From contig JACPWO010000004.1 of assembly GCA_016197005.1 (NCBI GenBank), positions 70,305-134,304 of the forward strand: DNA of 64,000 bases, given 5' to 3'. The notes under the pieces were generated by a model. That model worked only from the letters and a program-made list of their open reading frames with translations, was not told the origin of the DNA and searched no databases. The DNA is from Candidatus Anderseniibacteriota bacterium (lineage in GTDB: Bacteria; Patescibacteriota; Andersenbacteria; UBA10190). The position numbers and the translations under genes are program-made. Of the stretch, positions 17,181 through 25,239 are shown piece after piece; within the stretch, counting starts at the first letter, position 1; each line of letters begins with the position of its first letter.

Positions 17181-19911
17181 ACTACAGGAGATTATCGATC
17201 AGTTCGATGCACATAAGATCGGCATTTTTTTTCGAACGCGTAGCGATGCCTTCGCAGAAGCACGGGAGCCACTTCAGGAATATAATGATGCAGTTTTTAG
17301 TGACTTTGAGCGTCTAGGAGAGTTTCGCTTTGACGAGACGCAGCGCCTCATTGTAGTTGCTGTCCGGGTGGGAGGTAACTTAACGGAGCGCTCAAGTAAG
17401 AAGGCACAGTACGACAAGGCTAAACGAATACTCAAGGATTTGGATGTCTTTGAGGGTGGAATATTTATTTTTTATGATACGGCTGGCAGTTTTCGATTTA
17501 GTTTGGTTTACGAGCGGAGTATAGGTACGCGGCGCACATGGAATAATTTTAGGCGTTTTACATACTTCGTTAGCAAGGAACTGCCCAATAAGACTTTCAT
17601 TAATCGAATTGGAGAAGGAGATTTCTCCAGCCTAAACAAAATAAGGGAAGCCTTCTCCATCGCGGCAGTTACGAATGATTTTTACCAGAGTTTTGTTCCG
17701 TACTTCGAGAAGATTTCAAAAGCTGCCCGAAGCACTATCGATGACAATGTTCGTAAGAAATTAGCACGAGATTTCGCCTTACTATTTGTAATTAGGGTAA
17801 TCTTTATTGGCTTTATTCAGAAGCGTAAATGGATTGGTGACGATGAGCAGTTTCTGCGGCATTTTTGGGAGGAGTATCGGCAGCAGTCCATGGGCGAGAA
17901 CCATTTTTACAAGCATTGGCTGGAGCCCCTTTTCTTTGAGGCACTAAACTCTCCCATTGGCCGGAAGGTGAAGTATGGTAATAATACATTTTCGCCGGCA
18001 ACAGAATCGGCGCTGCAAATGGCACCGTACTTGAATGGTGGTTTGTTTAAGCGCAAGAGAGGCGTCGATGACCAGAGTCTATTCATACCAGATGACGTTA
18101 TTGGTGAACTTTTTGATTGGTTATTCTCATACAACTTTACGATTGAGGAAAATACGCTCTATGACGAAGAACTGGAGTTAAACCCTGAGTTTTTAGGCAT
18201 TATTTTTGAACGACTCGTAAACAAGGCTGATGGAGCCGTGTATACGCCTCGGGTCGAAGTGGATTTTATGTGCCGCTTAAGCCTTGTTAAGTGGCTGGAC
18301 AAAAATACGCCTGAAGACATCCATTATCGAGATCTTTATGAGCTATTTTTTAGTGAGGTAGGTCGGGGACGCGGTGAGGATACCGACCAGAAGAAAGGAA
18401 GTTTTTCCGAACGTCAGGCACGAGAAATACTTGAACATCTTGAATCAATAACTATTTGTGATCCAGCAGTCGGTTCAGGAGCATTTCCTGTAGGAATGCT
18501 CCATATTATCGACGAGGTAGAGGAACACCTACGGCTGAAGATTAGTGACCCGGTAGCGCACCAAACGGCCTTTGATCGGAAAAAGCGCATTATAGGCTCT
18601 TCACTCTACGGCGTTGAGGTAAAAGAGTGGGCGGTCTGGATCACCCAACTGCGCTTGTGGATCACTCTTTTCATCGATGCACCAGATGATTTACGAAACT
18701 CGCTTGAGCCTATTTTACCTAGTCTTGATTTCAAGGTGCGTGCCGGAGACTCGTTGCTGCAGCGAATAGGCACAAAAATATTTCCCGTCGCTGGACATGC
18801 CAATGTATCGCAAGGTCTTAAGAAAAAGATTACTGAACTCAAGAAGCTCAAACTGGATTACTTTCAGAATAAGGCAGATCGTGATTTTATTATTCGCCAG
18901 CGCGAGCTAGCGCTGTACAGGGATATTCTGAATGCAGAAATCGACGAGCTCACTAAGACGCTTCGCATCCTAAGGGGCATAAAGCCAGATCAGCAGTCGT
19001 CCCTTTTTAGCAAGGAAATTCAACAACCAACACAGGCGCCATTAAGTCTCAATGCTGAGGAGGTTAAAAAGATTGAAAACCAAATTGCCGAGCTTCAAGG
19101 CCAGCAACGGTCTCTGTCTGAAGACCATCCCTTAATTTGGAATATTGAATTTGCTGAGATTTTTGCTGATCGGGACGGGTTCGATATTATTATTGGCAAC
19201 CCTCCGTACGTCAGGCAAGAGGATATAGGAGATCCCAATGGCAAGATTAAAGATCCCAAAGAATACAAAAAATTATTGCAGGAAATGGTACGGACTGATT
19301 TCCCGCGACAGTTTCCGAAGGGAGAAAAGATAGATGCTAAATCTGACCTCTATACCTATTTTTATATCCGATCGCTTAAGCTATTAAATCCGAACGGTGT
19401 ACTTACCTTTATCTGTTCAAACTCATGGCTCGATGTGGGTTATGGCGTTTGGCTACAAAAGTTTTTGCTCAAAAATGCGCCGATTCAATTCATTATTGAT
19501 AATCACGCCAAGCGTAGCTTTGAAGCGGCTGATATAAACACCATTATCTCAGTGATTGAGGCGCCACAAAAAAAGATTGATCCAGGCCATGTAGTTAAAT
19601 TTGTTGCCTTCAAAAAATCTTTTGAGGAAGTCATTTTTACTGAAAATTTGCGTGCTATCGATGAGGCTGATGCTGTTGTAAAGAATGAACGCTACCGGGT
19701 ATATCCCATGGCAACACAAAATTTGTGGGAGTCTGGTATGGAGTACTCCAGTGTCGAGCAAAAGAAGCTATCCGGCGGTCGGTACATTGGAGATAAGTGG
19801 GGAGGTAAATACCTGCGTGCACCTGATATTTATTTCACCATTTTGCGCAAGGGCGGTGTATTAACTAGCCAAAACTATGAAAGCACGTCACGAGAGAGAG
19901 AGAGAGAGTAA
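17167..19911 (+). CDS. Eco57I/PglX-type N6-adenine DNA methyltransferase, N-terminal and catalytic portion (914 aa; ORF closed by a stop right after a (GA)8 tract)
   Basis: Motif X 'AVYTPRVEVDFMCR', motif I 'ICDPAVGSGAFPVGML', motif IV 'IIIGNPPYVRQ'. The stop TAA at 19909 sits immediately after the (GA)8 run. Confidence 0.85.
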   Translation: MSRDKLQEIIDQFDAHKIGIFFRTRSDAFAEAREPLQEYNDAVFSDFERLGEFRFDETQRLIVVAVRVGGNLTERSSKKAQYDKAKRILKDLDVFEGGIFIFYDTAGSFRFSLVYERSIGTRRTWNNFRRFTYFVSKELPNKTFINRIGEGDFSSLNKIREAFSIAAVTNDFYQSFVPYFEKISKAARSTIDDNVRKKLARDFALLFVIRVIFIGFIQKRKWIGDDEQFLRHFWEEYRQQSMGENHFYKHWLEPLFFEALNSPIGRKVKYGNNTFSPATESALQMAPYLNGGLFKRKRGVDDQSLFIPDDVIGELFDWLFSYNFTIEENTLYDEELELNPEFLGIIFERLVNKADGAVYTPRVEVDFMCRLSLVKWLDKNTPEDIHYRDLYELFFSEVGRGRGEDTDQKKGSFSERQAREILEHLESITICDPAVGSGAFPVGMLHIIDEVEEHLRLKISDPVAHQTAFDRKKRIIGSSLYGVEVKEWAVWITQLRLWITLFIDAPDDLRNSLEPILPSLDFKVRAGDSLLQRIGTKIFPVAGHANVSQGLKKKITELKKLKLDYFQNKADRDFIIRQRELALYRDILNAEIDELTKTLRILRGIKPDQQSSLFSKEIQQPTQAPLSLNAEEVKKIENQIAELQGQQRSLSEDHPLIWNIEFAEIFADRDGFDIIIGNPPYVRQEDIGDPNGKIKDPKEYKKLLQEMVRTDFPRQFPKGEKIDAKSDLYTYFYIRSLKLLNPNGVLTFICSNSWLDVGYGVWLQKFLLKNAPIQFIIDNHAKRSFEAADINTIISVIEAPQKKIDPGHVVKFVAFKKSFEEVIFTENLRAIDEADAVVKNERYRVYPMATQNLWESGMEYSSVEQKKLSGGRYIGDKWGGKYLRAPDIYFTILRKGGVLTSQNYESTSRERERE

Positions 19912-20917
19912 GGCTGGCGCCGCTAGGAACCCTGGCGCACGTTCGGCGCGGCTTCACAACCGGGGCGAACGAGTTCTTCTATCTGAAGGATATAACCGAT
20001 CAGCTAAACTCGTCCGATTAGGTGATGTTGCTGATGTTCGTTTTGGTATTAAAACTGGGGCAAATGAATTTTTCTTTCTTGAGGATATAACTGAATCTAT
20101 GAATTTTGAGGATGTTAAGAACGAGATAAAAAATTTGGGTCAATATAAAACGTTGGCTCAAATTAAGGCCGCTGGTCTTTGTATTACTCAAAACGATGCC
20201 GGGGATTATTGGCTAATAGAGAAGAAATTTTTAAAGCCTGCAGTTAAAAGTCCTCGCGAATGCAACAATATTTTAGTTGATCAAATTAAACTCAAATATA
20301 AGTTGCTGCTGTGCTCAAAAACAAAAGAAGAATTAGAAAATACAGCAACTTTGCAATATATAAGCTGGGGCGAGAAGGAGGCGTTTGATCAAAGGGCGAG
20401 CACAAAAGGTAGAAACAGATGGTGGGATTTGGGAAAAAGGAAACCCGCTGGATTGAATTTCAATTATTTAATAAACGACGTTGGTGATACTTATGTTGGC
20501 TCAGTCTTTGTAAGTGATAATTTTCATGAGATTCATACAGAAAAACACCTGGAAGTGTTTCTGAACTCCACTGTTTTTTGGCTATTCCAAAATTTGTCTG
20601 GGAGGACTAGTTTTGGCGGCGGGTTGTTAAAAATACAAACCTATGAGCTTGAAAGAATATTTGTGTTAGAGGTTGAAAATAAATTTGATTTTCCGGTACT
20701 TAAGCGAGCACCAAAATCAGTATTTAAAGAATGCGGAATTAATCCCGAATCAACCATTCTTATTGAAGAGCAAGAACCAAATCCGCTACCGGATCGCGCA
20801 GAGCTGGATAAAGTTGTTTTCGACGCGTTGGAGCTCACCGAAGATGAACGCAAGGACGTATATCGCGCTGTTTGCAGCCTTGTCTGGAACAGGATTAGTA
20901 AAGCACAGAGTGTGTAA
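19877..20917 (+). CDS. Methyltransferase C-terminal target-recognition portion (TaqI_C-like), separated from the catalytic part by a frameshift at the (GA)8 tract
   Basis: 'LGDVADVRFGIKTGANEFFFL' is the TaqI-like C-terminal specificity-domain signature of Eco57I/PglX-type enzymes. The two ORFs together (~1250 aa) match PglX-class length. Confidence 0.7.
   Translation: MKARHERERESKAGAARNPGARSARLHNRGERVLLSEGYNRSAKLVRLGDVADVRFGIKTGANEFFFLEDITESMNFEDVKNEIKNLGQYKTLAQIKAAGLCITQNDAGDYWLIEKKFLKPAVKSPRECNNILVDQIKLKYKLLLCSKTKEELENTATLQYISWGEKEAFDQRASTKGRNRWWDLGKRKPAGLNFNYLINDVGDTYVGSVFVSDNFHEIHTEKHLEVFLNSTVFWLFQNLSGRTSFGGGLLKIQTYELERIFVLEVENKFDFPVLKRAPKSVFKECGINPESTILIEEQEPNPLPDRAELDKVVFDALELTEDERKDVYRAVCSLVWNRISKAQSV
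19892..19907 (+). repeat. (GA)8 dinucleotide simple-sequence repeat at the junction of the two methyltransferase ORFs; candidate phase-variation tract
   Basis: 'cacGAGAGAGAGAGAGAGAGtaa' read directly. Upstream ORF frame is 1 mod 3 and downstream ORF frame is 2 mod 3; (GA)9 would fuse them. Confidence 0.9.
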
Positions 20918-20919
20918 AT

Positions 20920-21471
20920 ATGAGCGACGAATCATTACCACCGTTCGTTGGCGAAAGTGCTTTATCGCCTATTCGATTGACTGAAGAACAAGAAGATCTG
21001 TGCCAACGGCTGGATGACTGGCATGGGCTGGATGGGCTCAAAGTTAAACCATCAGAGATGTTTCGCGGAGCGGTTTATGCGATGCGACAAGAATGCAAAA
21101 GCAATCCCGATCGGCTTGCCCAAGCAGCAAATTCTCTTCGTGAAATTCTTTATCCATTTCAGAGCCCCCAGGTAAAAAATGTATCTGAAAAGCAAGAAAA
21201 GGCGTTTAAAAAATACGGGTCAGTTCGAGTAGATGAGGAGTTCTTTAAAAAAAGTGTAAAGCCGCTCTATGAAGACCTTAATGACGTTGCTCATCACGGA
21301 GTTGCAGCAAAGAGGATCGACTTTTTAACTATTACAGACGCGGAGCTTGTAAAATTATTAGCAGACTTTGAGAAAATTATGCTTGCTGCATTGGCGCGGC
21401 AACTTGATGTTCATCAAGAGATCGATGAGTTTTTAACGGCTGGGCCCGATCAGGTGGGCACACATAATTAA
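20920..21471 (+). CDS. Hypothetical 183-aa helical protein (operon component)
   Basis: Start is 3 nt after the upstream stop; no recognisable motifs. Confidence 0.4.
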   Translation: MSDESLPPFVGESALSPIRLTEEQEDLCQRLDDWHGLDGLKVKPSEMFRGAVYAMRQECKSNPDRLAQAANSLREILYPFQSPQVKNVSEKQEKAFKKYGSVRVDEEFFKKSVKPLYEDLNDVAHHGVAAKRIDFLTITDAELVKLLADFEKIMLAALARQLDVHQEIDEFLTAGPDQVGTHN

Positions 21472-21474
21472 TTT

Positions 21475-24474
21475 ATGAATAAGAAAAGTCAATCTCAGAG
21501 CAAAGCTGAAAAAGTTCGAGAACTTATTGGTTTGAATTTTGATGCACGACAGTATTTTTTCACCAAAGCTGATGAACAATTGCTCGGCTGGCTATGGGCA
21601 AATGGATTGCTTGATGCAATAAAAGAGAAGCCTGCAGATCAAACGCGCTATTGGTATAGAACGCCAGAACTTCACTATCTCGCAACCGTTGCTAAAAAAG
21701 AACCGGCAAAGGTGGTTGATATTATGCTACAGGTACCAATATCACCCGAGACATTCAGCCCGGAGGTAACTGATAGATTTCTTCGCATATGTGTTGATCT
21801 GCCGGCCGACCAGCTTTCTCGACTAGTGACTAAAATTCGGGATGAGAAATGGGTAAATTTAATGGGAGGATTCAATCAGTGGGGGTTTGAATACAATAAA
21901 ATGCTGCAAACACTTGCGGGGGCAAAGGACTATAACAGTATGCTGGTTTTAGCAGAAGCAATGTTGGCGGTGCGTCCTAAGAAGGAAGTTGCAGAAATAG
22001 AGCACCGTTGGCGCGTAAGCGAAAATTGTTTCTATATCAAAGACCTTTCAGAAACCGGTATATTCGATAAACTCACCTCAGTCGATGATCAGAAAGTTGA
22101 TGTAGCACTTGGTCTGGCTGTTAGAACCATCGGAGCAGTGATCAACTTGGGGGATCCGTCAAAGGATAAGGAGTTTTCAGTCGATGATCATCTCTGCCTT
22201 ATTGATGTCGATTTTTTCTCACTAAAGGCGCAACAGAAAAAGTATTCATCAGATCGGGAAGATATGCGCGAACTAGCGGTTACGATAAAGGTTCTGACGC
22301 AGCGTCTAATAGGAAATAGATGTGATAAAGTCGACGAAGTTCGTTCGCTATATACTACGCACTTTAATTCGTTGCCCGATAGTCAGGCTGTGTGGCGGCT
22401 GCGTTTGTTTGTTCTTAGTTTGTGCCCCAAGGTATTTGCAAGTGATTTAAAAACCGCCTTCTATAAAATATTTGAGACCGAAAAATACCAGGAATACACA
22501 TTAGGCGCCGAATTTTCTCGGGCACTGCGTGCCGGTTTTTCGGCCTTAGCTGAATCAGATCAGCGCAATTATGTGAAGCAGGTATTGGCATACTTCGGCC
22601 AGCCAGGCACGGATAAAGAAAAAAATGAACCACGGAAGCATTCCGGATGGAAAATCTTATCGAGCATCTACTTACATCTTACGGATGAGGAGAAAGCGCA
22701 ATGCGAACGGGTATTTGGCAGAACGTGTGACGAAAAATATGAACCTGAGCCGGCTATTGGGACTATGCGTGGTGGTTCCGTCAGACCCCGAGGCCCTATA
22801 ACGCCTGAGGAGTTTGGAGAGCTTCCAATTTCAGAAATTGCGAATAATCTTCGCACTTTGTGGACACCACAAAGACTGCGTGAGCAAAATACTGGAGATG
22901 ATTTTCTTAACCCCCTCAATGCGGAGGGCGCTGGTGACTTATTTAAAAATGATATCCCTAAACGGTTACAAGACTATGCCAATGACGCAAAACTGTTTTT
23001 CGAGAGAGATGTACTCGACCAGAACTATACCTATGCATTTATGCGTGGGCTACAAGAAGCAATACATGCGAACAGAGAGGAAGCAGCCAAAATTACGTGG
23101 GAAGGTTTGATTACACTCTTACAGAATATTACCGAGGCCGGGACGACCAAACCTTTTGATCAAAGAAAAAGAGAGCGCAGTTTTCATGATGGCTGGCTTA
23201 CCAGCTGGGATGAAGTACATTCAGTTATGGCTGATGTTATAAAAGAGTTATTAAGTGAGTCTGGCGGGCACAAAGTAATCAATTATTCCAAGCATCGTGC
23301 AGATTTATTGCCAATTTTAAGTTACCTTCTTGCATATCCTGATCCGGTACCAGCCGATGAAAAGATTGAAACTGCAACAAGTACCACTACGTCTCCAGGA
23401 GAGGAAACACAAATCGCCGATCCTTTTTCAATGGCCATAAACTCAGTGCGCGGTCGCGCGTTTGAGGTTCTACCGCTTATTGCCTATCTGGATGGCAAGA
23501 GGTTTTCTAAAGAGGATCAGGTAAAAATCTCCCCTGACGTAAAGCAATTATATGAGACAACTCTCAGCAATGAAAATACGAGAGCAGTTATGTTTCTTTT
23601 CGGTCATTATCTACCCACATTCTATTTCCGCGATAAAGTTTGGATAGGGCAACTCTTGCCGCAAATCTTTCCGGATCAACCAGAAAAAGAATATCTTTAT
23701 ACCGCTGCGTGGGAAGGGTACTTGGCTAATAATCTTTATGAAGAGTTATTTTTTGATCCCGCAATCCAGAAGATATATGAGCGCGGACTCGTCCTTCCCA
23801 ATGTTGATGATTTGAAACAGAAGCGCTTCAAAGAACCAGATGAGGGCATTGCTTCTCATTTTGGTTTGGCTTTTATGTATTACGAAGGATTTGGATTTGA
23901 CCACCCACTACTCACGGCATTTTGGAGTAAAAATGATCCGGAACAACATGCAGACTTTATCAGTTTTCTTGGAAGAGCATTTGTATCAGGTGATAACGCT
24001 CAGGCAAACGAATTGTTAAAGAATGAGCCGCGTGCGAAAGCAAGATTGATAGAAGTTTGGGATTGGATGCTTGAGCATTATACGGATATTCGGCCACTTA
24101 CTGAATTCGGCGTTTGGATCAATTTGAGAAAAAACATATTTGACACTCGATGGCTTGCTGAGCATATCAGAAAGACTCTTGAGAAAACGAAAGGAAAACT
24201 AGATTGGGATTACGGACTCATGATGTCCATTGAGCAATTAGCAAAACTTGCACCAGAGGACACGCTTATCATTGCCCGGTTATATTTACTTGAAGGTGGG
24301 GTGCGTACAGGTGGTAATCGCGCACCAATTCATTTAGATCAAGAATGGTTTGAGGCAATGAAGACGCTGTATGGTAATAGCAGTACACGATCAGGTAGTT
24401 ACGCTCTCATTAATGACCTTGTTCAGGATGGAGGGATCACCTTCTGGAAGCTTAAAGAAGTAATTAACGATTAA
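21475..24474 (+). CDS. Large (999 aa) alpha-helical protein of unknown function (operon component)
   Basis: No Walker A or helicase, nuclease or phosphatase motifs found by eye. Translationally coupled on both sides. Confidence 0.5.
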   Translation: MNKKSQSQSKAEKVRELIGLNFDARQYFFTKADEQLLGWLWANGLLDAIKEKPADQTRYWYRTPELHYLATVAKKEPAKVVDIMLQVPISPETFSPEVTDRFLRICVDLPADQLSRLVTKIRDEKWVNLMGGFNQWGFEYNKMLQTLAGAKDYNSMLVLAEAMLAVRPKKEVAEIEHRWRVSENCFYIKDLSETGIFDKLTSVDDQKVDVALGLAVRTIGAVINLGDPSKDKEFSVDDHLCLIDVDFFSLKAQQKKYSSDREDMRELAVTIKVLTQRLIGNRCDKVDEVRSLYTTHFNSLPDSQAVWRLRLFVLSLCPKVFASDLKTAFYKIFETEKYQEYTLGAEFSRALRAGFSALAESDQRNYVKQVLAYFGQPGTDKEKNEPRKHSGWKILSSIYLHLTDEEKAQCERVFGRTCDEKYEPEPAIGTMRGGSVRPRGPITPEEFGELPISEIANNLRTLWTPQRLREQNTGDDFLNPLNAEGAGDLFKNDIPKRLQDYANDAKLFFERDVLDQNYTYAFMRGLQEAIHANREEAAKITWEGLITLLQNITEAGTTKPFDQRKRERSFHDGWLTSWDEVHSVMADVIKELLSESGGHKVINYSKHRADLLPILSYLLAYPDPVPADEKIETATSTTTSPGEETQIADPFSMAINSVRGRAFEVLPLIAYLDGKRFSKEDQVKISPDVKQLYETTLSNENTRAVMFLFGHYLPTFYFRDKVWIGQLLPQIFPDQPEKEYLYTAAWEGYLANNLYEELFFDPAIQKIYERGLVLPNVDDLKQKRFKEPDEGIASHFGLAFMYYEGFGFDHPLLTAFWSKNDPEQHADFISFLGRAFVSGDNAQANELLKNEPRAKARLIEVWDWMLEHYTDIRPLTEFGVWINLRKNIFDTRWLAEHIRKTLEKTKGKLDWDYGLMMSIEQLAKLAPEDTLIIARLYLLEGGVRTGGNRAPIHLDQEWFEAMKTLYGNSSTRSGSYALINDLVQDGGITFWKLKEVIND

Positions 24475-24476
24475 AT

Positions 24477-25235
24477 ATGTCCGAATACTACAACCCAAAT
24501 CGAGGCTCCAAATGGAATTACGGCGGTGATCAATGGAAGCTCTCTCGCTCCAAGATTGATCTCTTTCTCGAATGTCCTCGCTGTTTTTATATCGACAACA
24601 AGCTCGGCGTAAAGCGTGTACCAGGCTTTCCTTTTGCGTTAAATAGTGCAGTCGATCATCTCCTTAAGCTGGAATTTGATATCCATCGTGCTAATGGAGA
24701 GCAGCACCCGCTACAAAAAGAATACGGCATTGATGCCCGGCCAGTAGCGCATGAAGAATTGGACGAGTGGCGCTATAACTTCGGTGGGGTTAAACATCTG
24801 CATAAACCAACTGGCATGCTGGTCACAGGAGCCATTGATGACTTATGGATCAATGGCAATGAAGAATATGTAGTGGTTGACTATAAGGCCACAGCCAAAG
24901 AAGAAGCGGTGAAAGAACTCGATAAGGAATGGCAAGAGGGCTACAAGCGCCAAATGGAAGTGTATCAGTGGCTGTTGCGCCAGAATGGACTCAAGGTTTC
25001 TGATACTGGTTATTTCGTGTACTGCACCGGAAAGTTAGACGGTAAAGCGTTTGATAAACGCATTGATTTTGATGTCCATCTTATTGCCTACGAAGGAAAC
25101 GATGATTGGGTGGAGGGTACATTACTAAAGATTAAGGAATGCCTGGAAGAGAATGATGTACCAGAATCCGGCCCTGGTTGTGACCATTGCTCATATTGGA
25201 ATGCTCGTCGTTTATACGAACCTGAATCAAAATAA
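24477..25235 (+). CDS. Cas4/RecB-like PD-(D/E)xK nuclease with a four-Cys cluster
   Basis: N-terminal 'CPRC'; 'GAIDDLW...VVVDYKAT' (D...DxK); 'RQMEVYQW' (QxxxY); C-terminal 'CDHCSYW'. Confidence 0.7.
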   Translation: MSEYYNPNRGSKWNYGGDQWKLSRSKIDLFLECPRCFYIDNKLGVKRVPGFPFALNSAVDHLLKLEFDIHRANGEQHPLQKEYGIDARPVAHEELDEWRYNFGGVKHLHKPTGMLVTGAIDDLWINGNEEYVVVDYKATAKEEAVKELDKEWQEGYKRQMEVYQWLLRQNGLKVSDTGYFVYCTGKLDGKAFDKRIDFDVHLIAYEGNDDWVEGTLLKIKECLEENDVPESGPGCDHCSYWNARRLYEPESK

Positions 25236-25239
25236 AAAT

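Noticed and set aside
21475-24474. Assigning the 999-aa protein to BrxC/PglY ATPase or DrmA helicase
   Set aside because: No Walker A (GxxxxGK[ST]; only a 'GQPGTDKE' pseudo-match) and no DEAD/DEAH or helicase motifs are present. Kept as unknown.
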